Assembly (NCBI GenBank): GCA_963790645.1
Contig: CAWBPS010000006.1
Coordinates: forward strand, 11,405-75,404
Direction of reading: 5' to 3'
DNA from: Terriglobia bacterium
GTDB lineage: Bacteria; Acidobacteriota; Terriglobia; Terriglobales; Acidobacteriaceae
Length of the DNA stretch: 64,000 nucleotides
The notes under the pieces are model-generated. The model was given only the letters and a program-made list of their open reading frames with translations. It did not search any database and had not been told where the DNA came from. The position numbers and the translations under genes were made by a program. Shown in pieces: positions 1 to 9,172 of this stretch; within the stretch, counting starts at the first letter, position 1; every line of letters begins with the position of its first letter.

Positions 1-1
1 A

Positions 2-2161
2 GTGGCTGGTCTGTACACGCCGCAGGGGGCGCTGCAAAAACTCCTTACCGGCACCGGCATCGGCTATCACTTGACCGGCGCGGACGCCGTGATTCTGGAA
101 ATCCAGGGCATGGCAACCACGGTCAATGTTACCGACACCAGCGTGCAGGTTTCGTTGCCGAAATTCACTCAGCCCCTGCTCGACACCCCGCACTCCATCG
201 ACATCGTTCCCCAGCACATCATCCAGGACCAGGGGGCAACCACGCTGCGCGATACCTTGCGCAATGTGGCCGGCATCAGTATCGCCGCGGGGGAAGGCGG
301 CGCCCAGGGCGACAACCTCACGGTTCGCGGCTTCACCGCCCGCAATGACATTTTCCTCGACGGCATGCGCGACTTTGGCAGCTACTATCGCGACCCCTTT
401 GACATGCAGCAGGTCGCGGTCCTGCAGGGTCCGTCATCGGTCACATTCGGCCGGGGCTCCACCGGCGGCGTGGTCAATCAGGAAAGCAAAGTTCCGCAGA
501 CGGCCGCGCTCTTCGCTGGCACCGTGGACCTGGGCACGGACCAGACCAAGCGCATCACTGTCGATCTGGATCGGCCACTGCCCTCTCTGGGAATTGGCAC
601 GGCTTTCCGGTTGAACCTGATGGGGCACGATTCGAAGGTCGCGGGACGGGACATTGCGCAGAGCCGGCGCTATGGCGTCGCTCCCTCGCTGGCCTTCGGA
701 CTGGGCACACCGACCCGATTCACACTCAGCTATCTGCACGAAGGCTCCGACGACACGCCCGACTATGGTATCCCCTGGCTGTTTAACGGCCCCGCTCCGG
801 TCGAGCGCCGCAACTACTACGGCTTTGAGCATGGCAATTATCTGAAGACCAACGTTGACATGGGGACGGTCACGTTCGAGCACGACGCGAACAGCCAGCT
901 CACGTTCCGCAACCAGGCCCGTTACGCGCATTACCATCGCGATGTTCGCATCACCGAGCCCCAGATCGACTCGGCCACTCTGGATGCGGACCCGTTGACC
1001 ACGCCGCTCGGTCAGATCGGCGTTGTTCGCAACCAGATTGCTGTCGATAGCACGGAGACTTTCCTGCAGAACCAGGCCGATGTGATCATGAAGTTCAACA
1101 CCGGCTCGCTGCGTCACACTGTGGTTGCAGGCGCGGAGGGAGGGCGCGAAACTTCGTCTCCGTATCGCCAGCGTTTCGATCTCACCACCGTTCCGACGAC
1201 CAACCTGCTGCATCCTGACACCAGCCAGCCCTTTGCCGGCATCGTCCCGGGCACCGGCATCACCGACACCCATGTCACCGCCATCAGCGCTGGCGCCTAC
1301 GCACTCGATACCGTTAACCTGCTGCCCAAGCTCGACCTCACCGCCGGGGTCCGCGTGGACCGGTTTGATGCCACGGCGAACCAGTCGGTGCCGGTAACGC
1401 CCGATTCGCCGTTCAAGCGGGTGGACGTCATGCCCAGTTGGCGCGGCGCGCTGGTATTCAAGCCCGTGGCTGGCGGAAGCATTTACTTCGACTACGGCAC
1501 ATCGTTCAACCCCTCCGCCGAGACGCTGGCGCTCAGCGTGGCCACGCAGAACGCGCCGCCCGAGCAGAGCCGGACTTTCGAAGTCGGCACCAAGTGGGAC
1601 CTGTTTGCGCGCAAGCTTTCCTTGCGGGCAGCTGCATTCCGCACCGACAAAACCAACGCCCGCGAAACCGTGAATGCCACCACGGTTGTTTTGTCTGGCA
1701 GCCAACGGGTGAGCGGCGTCCAGATACAAGCCAATGGATACATCACCAGCCGCTGGGAACTTCTGGCCAGCTACGCTTACCTGGATGGCAAGGTCACAGG
1801 ATCGCAGGTCTTTCCGCAATCCGTGGGCGCCCAACTGGCCAACGTGCCCAGGAACACCTTCAGCACCTGGAGTACTTTCGACCTGCCCTGGCATCTGAGC
1901 ATGGGCGGGGGCGCGGACTTCGTCGATAGCCGCACCGCCAGTTCCGCGACGCCTCTCAATCCCGTCACCGGATTGGTGAAGCAGGTGCCGGGTTACTGGG
2001 TGTTCAACGCGATGGCGAAGTATCCCCTGAGCGAACACGTCGATCTTCGGGCCAACGTGTACAACCTGGCCGACAAGTACTACTACGACCAGATTCATCC
2101 CGCGCACATCGTGCCTGGGGCGGCGCGTTCGGCGCTACTGGGCATCACTTTCAAATTCTGA
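2..2161 (+). CDS. TonB-dependent siderophore receptor (N-terminus lies outside the window)
   Basis: The ORF is open at the window edge. It has plug-domain motifs (LTVRGF, DGMRDFGSYYRDPF, VLQGPSSVTFGRGSTGGVVN) and a long beta-barrel ending in the aromatic terminus LLGITFKF. Confidence 0.9.
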   Translation: MAGLYTPQGALQKLLTGTGIGYHLTGADAVILEIQGMATTVNVTDTSVQVSLPKFTQPLLDTPHSIDIVPQHIIQDQGATTLRDTLRNVAGISIAAGEGGAQGDNLTVRGFTARNDIFLDGMRDFGSYYRDPFDMQQVAVLQGPSSVTFGRGSTGGVVNQESKVPQTAALFAGTVDLGTDQTKRITVDLDRPLPSLGIGTAFRLNLMGHDSKVAGRDIAQSRRYGVAPSLAFGLGTPTRFTLSYLHEGSDDTPDYGIPWLFNGPAPVERRNYYGFEHGNYLKTNVDMGTVTFEHDANSQLTFRNQARYAHYHRDVRITEPQIDSATLDADPLTTPLGQIGVVRNQIAVDSTETFLQNQADVIMKFNTGSLRHTVVAGAEGGRETSSPYRQRFDLTTVPTTNLLHPDTSQPFAGIVPGTGITDTHVTAISAGAYALDTVNLLPKLDLTAGVRVDRFDATANQSVPVTPDSPFKRVDVMPSWRGALVFKPVAGGSIYFDYGTSFNPSAETLALSVATQNAPPEQSRTFEVGTKWDLFARKLSLRAAAFRTDKTNARETVNATTVVLSGSQRVSGVQIQANGYITSRWELLASYAYLDGKVTGSQVFPQSVGAQLANVPRNTFSTWSTFDLPWHLSMGGGADFVDSRTASSATPLNPVTGLVKQVPGYWVFNAMAKYPLSEHVDLRANVYNLADKYYYDQIHPAHIVPGAARSALLGITFKF

Positions 2162-2182
2162 GCGTGAAGGGAACCTTACCCA

Positions 2183-2863
2183 TTGCTACTGCCCATCCCT
2201 GAGGTGTTGACATCCGAACAGGTGGCCGAAGCGCGGCAAGTCCTGGACCAGGCGGAATGGGTGGACGGGAAAGTCACAGCCGGCCATCAATCGGCCCGAA
2301 CCAAGGACAACATGCAGCTGCCGGAGAACCATCCTGCCGCACGCCAGCTGGGGGAAACCATTCTCACCGCCCTGGGGCAGAATCCTCTATTTGTTTCGGC
2401 GGCGTTGCCGGCGCGCGTCTTTCCTCCGCTCTTCAACCGCTATCAGGGCGGGCAATCATTCGGCACCCACGTGGACAATGCCATCCGGCAAGTCAGCGGA
2501 ACCGGACACAGAATTCGCACCGACCTTTCGGCCACCTTGTTTTTCTCCCGGCCCGATGAGTATGACGGGGGCGAACTGATCGTCGAGGACACCTACGGCG
2601 TGCACCGAGTGAAGCTTCCCGCCGGCCACATGATTCTCTATCCCTCAACCAGCCTGCATCACGTTACACCGGTTACACGCGGATCGCGGCTGTCCTCCTT
2701 CTTCTGGATCCAGAGCATGGTGCGCGACGACGGTCAACGCACCCTGTTGTTCGATCTCGACACCGCTATCCAGCGCATTAACCCGGCCAAGTCCGACGAT
2801 ACCGCCGTCGTCCAGCTTACCGGCGTCTATCACAACCTGCTGCGGCGCTGGGCGGAAGTCTGA
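2183..2863 (+). CDS. Fe(II)/2-oxoglutarate-dependent PKHD-type hydroxylase (PiuC/YbiX-like)
   Basis: 226 aa with a 2OG-Fe(II) oxygenase pattern (GTHVDNAIR ... [15 protein letters not shown]). It starts 21 nt after the TonB receptor stop, the usual PiuC arrangement. Confidence 0.85.
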   Translation: MLLPIPEVLTSEQVAEARQVLDQAEWVDGKVTAGHQSARTKDNMQLPENHPAARQLGETILTALGQNPLFVSAALPARVFPPLFNRYQGGQSFGTHVDNAIRQVSGTGHRIRTDLSATLFFSRPDEYDGGELIVEDTYGVHRVKLPAGHMILYPSTSLHHVTPVTRGSRLSSFFWIQSMVRDDGQRTLLFDLDTAIQRINPAKSDDTAVVQLTGVYHNLLRRWAEV

Positions 2864-3129
2864 GTTCGGAACATCTTCATGACACCCCGCAGAGTCCTGC
2901 TCTGGATACATGTCATTGCCGGCTGGTCTTTTTAACCAACCAGTTTCCAGTCTGGAGTTCCCGGTTCTCAGTTTGTTCGTCTTTTGTTCGTCTTGCGTTT
3001 GTGCCCCCTGCTACAATGCCTTGCCTTATAGATCGTAAGAACTTTTGGGGCCACATAAACGTATCTCTATTGTGGTGTTAAAGCCCGGGGTGTACCGGGC
3101 GACAGACCAGGAGTTCCGGGGAGTGCGGG

Positions 3130-3729
3130 TTGGAAGACGCCCAGGTCGTTGCCATGCTGGTCCGTCGCTGCATCGCCGGCGACGTCGTGGCCTGGGAGGA
3201 GATCGTGCAGCGCTACAACCGGCGAATCTACAACATCTGCTATCGCTTCGCCGGGTCAGGCGATGACGCCCAGGACCTCACCCAGGAGGTCTTTATCAAG
3301 ATGTTCCGCACCCTCAGTTCGTACGATGTCGAGCGGGGGGCGTTCATGACCTGGGTCACAACCATCACGCGCAACCTGCTGGTGGACCACTTCCGCAAGA
3401 GCAAGCAGGACCGCTTGACCGAGTCGCTGGACACCACGCCTTCGGAGCACGAAGACGCCATGCCGTTGAGCGAGAAGATCGAGGACAAGGCGCCGGCAGC
3501 CGATGCCAGCGTACAGAGCCGCGAAGCCCGCGAACTGATCCATAGCGCCTTGCAGAAACTTTCGCCCGAACTGCGCGAAGCGGTCATCCTGCGCGACCTG
3601 CATGACATGGATTACAAAGACATTGCCACGGTACTAAAGGTTCCGGAGGGCACAGTGAAATCAAGGATAAATCGCGGTCGAGCGGAACTTGCGCGGCTGC
3701 TCCAACGTACTTATAGGCAGGTGATGTGA
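3130..3729 (+). CDS. ECF-type RNA polymerase sigma-70 factor
   Basis: Region 2 (DAQDLTQEVFIKMF) and region 4 HTH (YKDIATVLKVPEGTVKSRINRGR) are present. TTG start lies 7 nt after GGGGAG. Confidence 0.9.
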   Translation: MEDAQVVAMLVRRCIAGDVVAWEEIVQRYNRRIYNICYRFAGSGDDAQDLTQEVFIKMFRTLSSYDVERGAFMTWVTTITRNLLVDHFRKSKQDRLTESLDTTPSEHEDAMPLSEKIEDKAPAADASVQSREARELIHSALQKLSPELREAVILRDLHDMDYKDIATVLKVPEGTVKSRINRGRAELARLLQRTYRQVM

Positions 3730-4478
3730 TGGCAGGCGAAACCAAAAACGGCATGCAATGCGCGGAATTCGATGCGCTGCTGATCGAAGCGCTCGATGGC
3801 TCGCTTAGCGGACGGAAGCTGGAAAGCTTTCAGGCCCATGCCCGGGCCTGCGCCGTATGCGGGCCGCTGTTCGCAGAGGCCGATGCGGGGCGGCGCTGGC
3901 TGAAGTCGCTGCCTGAAGTTGACGCTCCTCCTCACCTGGTACACAACATTCTGCTGGCCACCACGGGTTACGAAAGCAAGCGCGCCGCCGTCCGGCCCGG
4001 GGCCAAGGCTTCGGGGATGGATGCGATTGCGGCGTGGCTGCGGCCGGTGTTCGCGCCCGTCCTTTCCATGAGCCGCCAGCCCCGCTTCGCCATGTCATTC
4101 GGAATGGCGTTCTTTTCCTTATCAATTTCACTCAGCCTGGCGGGCGTGAAGATGAGCGATGTGCGGCATGTGGACCTGCGGCCCAGCGCCCTCAAGCGCA
4201 CTTACTACGAGACCACCGGACGGGTGGTCAAGTACTACGAAAATATTCGCTTTGTGTACGAAATCGAATCGCGGGTGCGGGAATTCAAACGAGTGACCGC
4301 TCCCCCGGCGCCACCCCCACAGGAGCAGAACAAAGAAAAAAAGGACAACAATACCAGTGGACAACCCGAACCGACACAGGAACGCAACTACAGCCAGGGA
4401 GAGAACCAGCCCGTGCTGGCCTCGCTCCCGAATGATCCGCCTGTAGTGAGGATGACCACTTACAGGAGGCTTTCATGA
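3726..4478 (+). CDS. Putative anti-sigma factor (zf-HC2-like N-terminus, single TM)
   Basis: ATGA overlap with the sigma gene stop. N-terminal C/H motif (CAEFDALL...HARACAVC), one TM helix (FAMSFGMAFFSLSISLSLAGV) and a low-complexity C-terminal tail. Confidence 0.7.
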   Translation: MMAGETKNGMQCAEFDALLIEALDGSLSGRKLESFQAHARACAVCGPLFAEADAGRRWLKSLPEVDAPPHLVHNILLATTGYESKRAAVRPGAKASGMDAIAAWLRPVFAPVLSMSRQPRFAMSFGMAFFSLSISLSLAGVKMSDVRHVDLRPSALKRTYYETTGRVVKYYENIRFVYEIESRVREFKRVTAPPAPPPQEQNKEKKDNNTSGQPEPTQERNYSQGENQPVLASLPNDPPVVRMTTYRRLS

Positions 4479-5446
4479 ACTGCGCCAACCACCCGGATAT
4501 CGAGAAGGTGGCATTTTGCCGCACCTGCGGAAAACCGCTGTGTGCCAACTGCACCCGTTCGGTGCACGGAGTGATTTATTGCGAGACCTGCCTGGCGGCG
4601 CGCCTGGAAGGCGTGCAGCCGAACGTGGCGCCCCCCGCCGCCGGCTTCGCTCCGGCAACCCCCATGGGTACTCCGGTCGCAGGCGGGGGTCCGAATCCCG
4701 CTCTGGCCGGCGTTTTGGCGGGCTTCTTTCCCTTCGGTGTGGGCGCCGTTTACACCGGTCAATATGCCAAGGGCCTGGCACACCTGGTCATCTTCACTCT
4801 GCTGATTCTGGGTGCGAGCAGCGGAAGCGACGCCATGGGCACGGTCTTCGGGCTGGCCATTGCCGGCTTCTACTTCTATCAGATCATCGATTCGGTACGC
4901 AGTGCCCGTGCCCTGCAGCTGGGACTGGCCCCGCCCGACCCTTTTGGATTGGCAACAACCTTTAGTGCGGGAGAGCGCGTGGACGTTAGCAAGGTTCCCG
5001 TGGGCGCCCTGGTGCTGATCGGTCTGGGCGTGATCTTCCTGCTGCATACCCTCGACATCTGGGATTTCAGTGCTCACCGCATCTGGCCCCTGGTGCTCAT
5101 TGGCATCGGCGGCTGGCTGCTGGTGCGACGCCTCGGCCTGGTAGGCGAAGTTCCGCCCGGATTTGACCGCATGCGCAGCTGCAGGCGCGGCTTGATGGGG
5201 CCGGCCATCCTGTTGACCCTGGGATTTCAATTCCTGCTGGACAGCATGGGCGTAATCCGCTTCGGCCGCACCCTGCCGCTGCTGCTGGTGGTGATTGGAC
5301 TGGTAAAGATTTTCCAGAGTACGGCTGGCCCGGACCCACTGCAGGGGCCGCCGCCATCAAGTGGAGCGCCGCCCTCCGGATTTACATCCGGTGAGGCGCA
5401 GCCCCCGTCATACGCGGAAGTTAAGCCGGAGGTAAAAAATGGCTAG
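4475..5446 (+). CDS. B-box-type zinc-ribbon membrane protein with TM2-like and LiaF-N-like TM segments
   Basis: ATGA overlap with the upstream stop. N-terminus is CANHPDIEKVAFCRTCGKPLCANCTRSVHGVIYCETC, followed by NPALAGVLAGFFPFGVGAVYTGQYAKG (TM2-like) and further TM hairpins. Confidence 0.6.
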   Translation: MNCANHPDIEKVAFCRTCGKPLCANCTRSVHGVIYCETCLAARLEGVQPNVAPPAAGFAPATPMGTPVAGGGPNPALAGVLAGFFPFGVGAVYTGQYAKGLAHLVIFTLLILGASSGSDAMGTVFGLAIAGFYFYQIIDSVRSARALQLGLAPPDPFGLATTFSAGERVDVSKVPVGALVLIGLGVIFLLHTLDIWDFSAHRIWPLVLIGIGGWLLVRRLGLVGEVPPGFDRMRSCRRGLMGPAILLTLGFQFLLDSMGVIRFGRTLPLLLVVIGLVKIFQSTAGPDPLQGPPPSSGAPPSGFTSGEAQPPSYAEVKPEVKNG

Positions 5447-6905
5447 CCCGGTGCAAGCCCCGCCCCCAATTGAGTATCGGCCGAGACAGCGACGTTCTGT
5501 GGCCGGTCCGGTAGTGATGATCCTGCTGGGACTGGTGCTGCTGCTCACCACCATGCGCGTGCTGCATCCGCAGCCCCTGCTGCACTGGTTCGGCACCTAC
5601 TGGCCCGCCCTGATCATTCTCTGGGGCGTCATCAAGCTGGTCGAGTACGAGCAGGCGAAAAGAGAAGGAACACGCCCTGCGGGGATCGGCGCCGGCGGAG
5701 TGCTGCTTCTATTTTTCCTGATCGTTTTCGGTTTGTCGGCGACCCAGGCTTCCCGCTTCAACTGGGATGAAATACGCAACCACATGCAGATGGGCGACGA
5801 CGATTTCACCCTGTTCGGACACAACTACAGTTATGACGACCAGCTGCAGCAGGACTTTCCCGCGGGCAGCAGCCTGCGTATCGTGAGTGATCGGGGAGCG
5901 GTGAACCTGACGGTTTCGGAAGACAACCAGATTCACGTGGCGGCGCACAAGCGGATCAACGCGGACAGCCAGGAAGAAGCCGACAAGTTCAATCCTTCCA
6001 CCAAGCCGCAAATCAGCGTCAGCGGCAATGTGATCACCTTGAACGCCAATACGCAGGGTGCCGGAGAGCACCCGGTTACGACCGATCTCGACGTCAGCGT
6101 ACCGCGCAAAGCGCCGGTCGTAATTACCTCCCGGCGCGGTGATGTCAGCGTGCTCGGACGCGACGGTGACGTTGAAGTTGGCAGCCAGCACGGCGACGTT
6201 GCCGCCTCTGATATCAACGGCAAGCTGGTACTCAACCTGTCCGGTGCCTCGGCACGGGTTTCGAACATTTCGGGTGATGTGTCGGTTCAGGGACGAGGGG
6301 ATGACATTTCCCTGGCTGACGTGAAAGGCGCGGCGCGCATCAACGGAGAGTTCGACACCATCAAGCTGGCAAAGATCGCCGGGCTGGTCGGCTTTAAATC
6401 CGCCCGCACCGACATGGAGTTTTCCAAACTGAACGGTGACCTCGATATGGATTCGGGCGATATGCGGGCCAGCGACCTGATGGGTCCATTCCGCCTGCTC
6501 ACCCGGTCGAAGGACATCCGGCTGAGCGGAGTCAATGGGGATGTGCGGGTGGAAAACGAAAACGGCGCAGTGGAAATCCACATGAGCAAGCTGGGCAACA
6601 TGCAGCTGAGCAACCGCAACAGTGACGTCCAGATCTACCTGCCCGACAAGGCCGGCTTCCAGGTGGACGCCCGCTCTCGCGGTGGGGAGATCGAATCCGA
6701 CTTCGCCGCCCTGAAAATCGACAACGGCGACGACCAAGCAACGGCCAGCGGCGCCGTGGGCGGCGGCGGTCCACACCTGGTGATCAACAACGAGCACGGC
6801 GGAATCGAACTGCGCAAGGGATCGTCGCTGGCCGAGGCGACGCCACCGCCCAAGCCGCCACGGGTCCCGGCAGTGCCCAAGGTACCGGTACCCACCGACA
6901 ACTAA
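5439..6905 (+). CDS. LiaF-like membrane protein with DUF4097 beta-helix repeat domain
   Basis: 8-nt overlap with the upstream gene. N-terminal TM helices are followed by many GDVSV/GDVEV/GDVRV repeats typical of DUF4097. Confidence 0.7.
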   Translation: MASPVQAPPPIEYRPRQRRSVAGPVVMILLGLVLLLTTMRVLHPQPLLHWFGTYWPALIILWGVIKLVEYEQAKREGTRPAGIGAGGVLLLFFLIVFGLSATQASRFNWDEIRNHMQMGDDDFTLFGHNYSYDDQLQQDFPAGSSLRIVSDRGAVNLTVSEDNQIHVAAHKRINADSQEEADKFNPSTKPQISVSGNVITLNANTQGAGEHPVTTDLDVSVPRKAPVVITSRRGDVSVLGRDGDVEVGSQHGDVAASDINGKLVLNLSGASARVSNISGDVSVQGRGDDISLADVKGAARINGEFDTIKLAKIAGLVGFKSARTDMEFSKLNGDLDMDSGDMRASDLMGPFRLLTRSKDIRLSGVNGDVRVENENGAVEIHMSKLGNMQLSNRNSDVQIYLPDKAGFQVDARSRGGEIESDFAALKIDNGDDQATASGAVGGGGPHLVINNEHGGIELRKGSSLAEATPPPKPPRVPAVPKVPVPTDN

Positions 6906-6907
6906 CT

Positions 6908-6961
6908 GGAGGACGGGCGTCCCGCCCGTCCAGCCGGGCGGGGACGCCCGGCCTCCATTTT
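6908..6961 (+). terminator. Compound GC-rich hairpin followed by ATTTT
   Basis: The sequence is GGAGG-[GGACGGGCG TCC CGCCCGTCC]-A-[GCCGGGCG GGGA CGCCCGGC]-CTCC ATTTT, directly after the operon stop at 6905. Confidence 0.4.
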
Positions 6962-7009
6962 CAACCCAAGCCATCCCCGTGCTATGTTCAATTTCTTTCC
7001 AAACTGAAC

Positions 7010-7522
7010 ATGATTCGTTCTTACAAAGGCAAAACGCCCACCGTCCCGGAATCCTGCTACGTGGACCCCTCGGCGCAGCTCATCGGCGACGTAATTCTCG
7101 GCGAACACGCCAGCATCTGGATGAATGCCGTGTTGCGCGGCGATGTCCACTCCATTCGCATCGGCTCATATTCCAATGTGCAGGATGGCAGCGTGCTGCA
7201 TGGCATGAAAGAGCAGTACGGAGTTTTCCTGGGCGAATACGTTACGGTCGGCCACTCCGTGATCCTGCATGGCTGCACTATCGAAGACCACTGCCTGATC
7301 GGCATGGGCTCGATCATCCTGAATGGGGCGCGCATTGGCGCGGGATCGATCATCGCGGCTGGCACGCTGATCCCGGAGAAAACAATTGTCGAGCCGGGAT
7401 CGCTGTGGATGGGATCTCCGGGAAAATTCAAACGCAAGCTGGAAGAGAAGGACCAGGAAACGATCATGCGCTACGCGCGGAATTACCTGGAGTATAAGGA
7501 ATCGTATCTGCGGGAAAGGTAA
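7010..7522 (+). CDS. Gamma-class carbonic anhydrase / hexapeptide-repeat family protein
   Basis: 170 aa left-handed beta-helix protein (YVDPSAQLIGDVILGEHASIW, NVQDGSVLHG, VTVGHSVILHGCTIED). Confidence 0.85.
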   Translation: MIRSYKGKTPTVPESCYVDPSAQLIGDVILGEHASIWMNAVLRGDVHSIRIGSYSNVQDGSVLHGMKEQYGVFLGEYVTVGHSVILHGCTIEDHCLIGMGSIILNGARIGAGSIIAAGTLIPEKTIVEPGSLWMGSPGKFKRKLEEKDQETIMRYARNYLEYKESYLRER

Positions 7523-7536
7523 CGCTTGGTAAGCAA

Positions 7537-7556
7537 CCGGGGCCTTGCGGCCCCGG
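7537..7556 (+). terminator. Possible stem-loop terminator
   Basis: CCGGGGCC TTGC GGCCCCGG lies 15 nt after the stop codon. No clear U-tract follows. Confidence 0.3.
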
Positions 7557-7591
7557 CTTCAGTTGGTGGTTGCCCGGATAAAAATCGTGTT

Positions 7592-7658
7592 CAATGTGGG
7601 CGCGAGCGTCCTCGCTCGTGCAGGCCGTGGCACGAGCGGGACGCTCGCGCCCACATTG
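7592..7658. repeat. Palindromic element family A, copy A1
   Basis: CAATGTGGGCGCGAGCGTCCTCGCTCGTGC - 8 nt - GCACGAGCGGGACGCTCGCGCCCACATTG. The same roughly 29-nt arms recur at 40651 and 53344. Confidence 0.85.
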
Positions 7659-7665
7659 GATCTGG

Positions 7666-8205
7666 TTACGCGCTGCGGCGAGGGCGCATGGTCAGGTCGC
7701 GGACCTGGGCCAGCACACTTGATAACTGCATCCCGTTCAGCTGCGACACGAACGGCATCAGGTCCGCGATGAACTGATCTTTCATCAGTTCGCCGATTTC
7801 TTCCTGGCGGTTACGTTCGCCGCCCGAAAGCAGATCGGGTACCGTGACCTCCAGTGCGCGGGCCAGCCGTTCCAGCGAGGAAAGGGTCGGGGTCGCCTTT
7901 TCATTTTCGATCTTCGACACGTAGGTCCGGGGGACCGACATGCGCGCCGCCAGTTGACGCTGGCTGAGTCCGCTGCGCAACCGGAGTGAACGGATCGAGG
8001 TCGCCAGGTTCAGATGTCCGCGGCCATTGCCATTCGCCGGCATCATCTGCGGCGGTGGCGGCGCCATCACGACTTCCGGCTCTTCCTCATCTAACGAGGC
8101 ATGGCAGCGCCGGCAAAGATCGTTGGTGGTACGGAATTGGACCAGCAGGCAGTGATCGCAACGAACTACTTCCCTTGAATCTACTGGTGCAAGGGTAGTG
8201 GCCAT
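7666..8205 (-). CDS. XRE-family HTH transcriptional regulator with N-terminal zinc-ribbon-like motif
   Basis: CDHCLLVQFRTTNDLCRRCH is followed by an HTH_XRE core (LRSGLSQRQLAARMSVPRTYVSKIENEKATPTLSSLERLARAL). Confidence 0.8.
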   Translation of the reverse strand: MATTLAPVDSREVVRCDHCLLVQFRTTNDLCRRCHASLDEEEPEVVMAPPPPQMMPANGNGRGHLNLATSIRSLRLRSGLSQRQLAARMSVPRTYVSKIENEKATPTLSSLERLARALEVTVPDLLSGGERNRQEEIGELMKDQFIADLMPFVSQLNGMQLSSVLAQVRDLTMRPRRSA

Positions 8206-8411
8206 CTAGGTGTGGGAGGGCCAGAGCGGGGCTTCTCCTGGAACGAAAAACGAACGAAAAACCGGAACCGAAAAAACTTCGTTCCAACCTGCAGCGTAAT
8301 CTGAGGTACAACACCTGTGGATGTCAAGAACATTCCGGGGTCAAACCCCGAACAGGTCGTGGAAATAGCAAAGTTAACTGGAGAAAACCCGGAGAAAACA
8401 GGTAAGAAACC

Positions 8412-9002
8412 ATGAACGATCGAGAGCAGGCGTGGTGTTTACTAACTGAGTTCACCCAGTCAGAAAGTTTGCGCAAGCACGGACTCGCGGTCGAGGCCTG
8501 CATGCGCGCCTACGCCCGCAAATTTGCTTCCGAGTCTCCTGAAAAAGAAGAGTTGTGGGGAGTGGTTGGATTGCTGCACGACTTCGATTACGAAAAATAT
8601 CCCAGCCTCGACGACCATCCCTACAAGGGCAACGAAATATTAAAAGAGCGGGGATATTCAGATGAAATCCGGCGCGCCATCATGTCGCACGCCGAATATT
8701 CCGGCGTGACCCGGGACTCCCCGATGGAGAAGGCCCTCTTCGCCTGCGACGAACTGGCTGGATTCATCACCGCCTGCGCCCTGGTGAAACCGGGAAAATC
8801 ACTGGCTGAAGTGGAGGCTAAATCAGTCCGAAAGAAGATGAAGGACAAAGCCTTCGCCCGCAGCGTAAAGCGCGAAGACATCGTAAACGGCGCGGCAGAT
8901 TTAGGGGTGGACCTGGAAGAGCACATCGCGTTCTGCATCGAGGCCATGAAGGGAATCGCAGACAAGTTAGGGCTGGACGGCGGCGCAGCGAAGTCGGCAT
9001 AA
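8412..9002 (+). CDS. HD/HDIG domain metal-dependent phosphohydrolase
   Basis: HG...LLHDFDYE...MSHAEY pattern in a 196-aa protein. Confidence 0.8.
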   Translation: MNDREQAWCLLTEFTQSESLRKHGLAVEACMRAYARKFASESPEKEELWGVVGLLHDFDYEKYPSLDDHPYKGNEILKERGYSDEIRRAIMSHAEYSGVTRDSPMEKALFACDELAGFITACALVKPGKSLAEVEAKSVRKKMKDKAFARSVKREDIVNGAADLGVDLEEHIAFCIEAMKGIADKLGLDGGAAKSA

Positions 9003-9009
9003 CCAGGTC

Positions 9010-9160
9010 CCGTGTGGGGACGGGTCTCCGAGCCGTCCATGCCGAGCAAGGCTCGGCTGGTGTTCTTTGCAAGACCACCAATACAGACTCGGGTCGCCAC
9101 CACCGAAATGCTGCCGAGCTGCGCTCGGCCTGGCCGGGTCGAAGGCCCGGCCCCACACGG
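9010..9160. repeat. REP/BIME-like inverted pair (GTGGGG heads)
   Basis: The termini CCGTGTGGGGACGG...CCGGCCCCACACGG are inverted. Internal hairpins are GCCGAGC AAG GCTCGGC and GCCGAGC TGC GCTCGGC. Confidence 0.75.
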
Positions 9161-9172
9161 CATTTCCAGTTC

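Noticed and set aside
434-2107. Very long ORFs antisense or out of frame to confidently called genes. Examples: 434-2107(-), 5709-6974(-), 27329-28348(-), 30313-31314(+), 32377-33351(+), 40610-41797(+), 42287-43420(+), 56484-57470(+), 58143-58901(+), 59586-60704(+), 61446-62189(+), 21735-22541(-).
   Set aside because: They are typical high-GC shadow ORFs. Their translations are Arg/Gly/Pro/Ala-rich with no recognisable motifs. Each fully overlaps a gene with strong family signatures.
2864-3129. An ECF-type autoregulated promoter (GGAAC...CGTC) upstream of the sigma factor gene, and TACAAT at about 3012 as a -10 element.
   Set aside because: Several partial matches exist (GGAAC at about 2866, CGTCTT at about 2985). 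None has the expected 16-17 nt spacing, so I cannot support a specific call.
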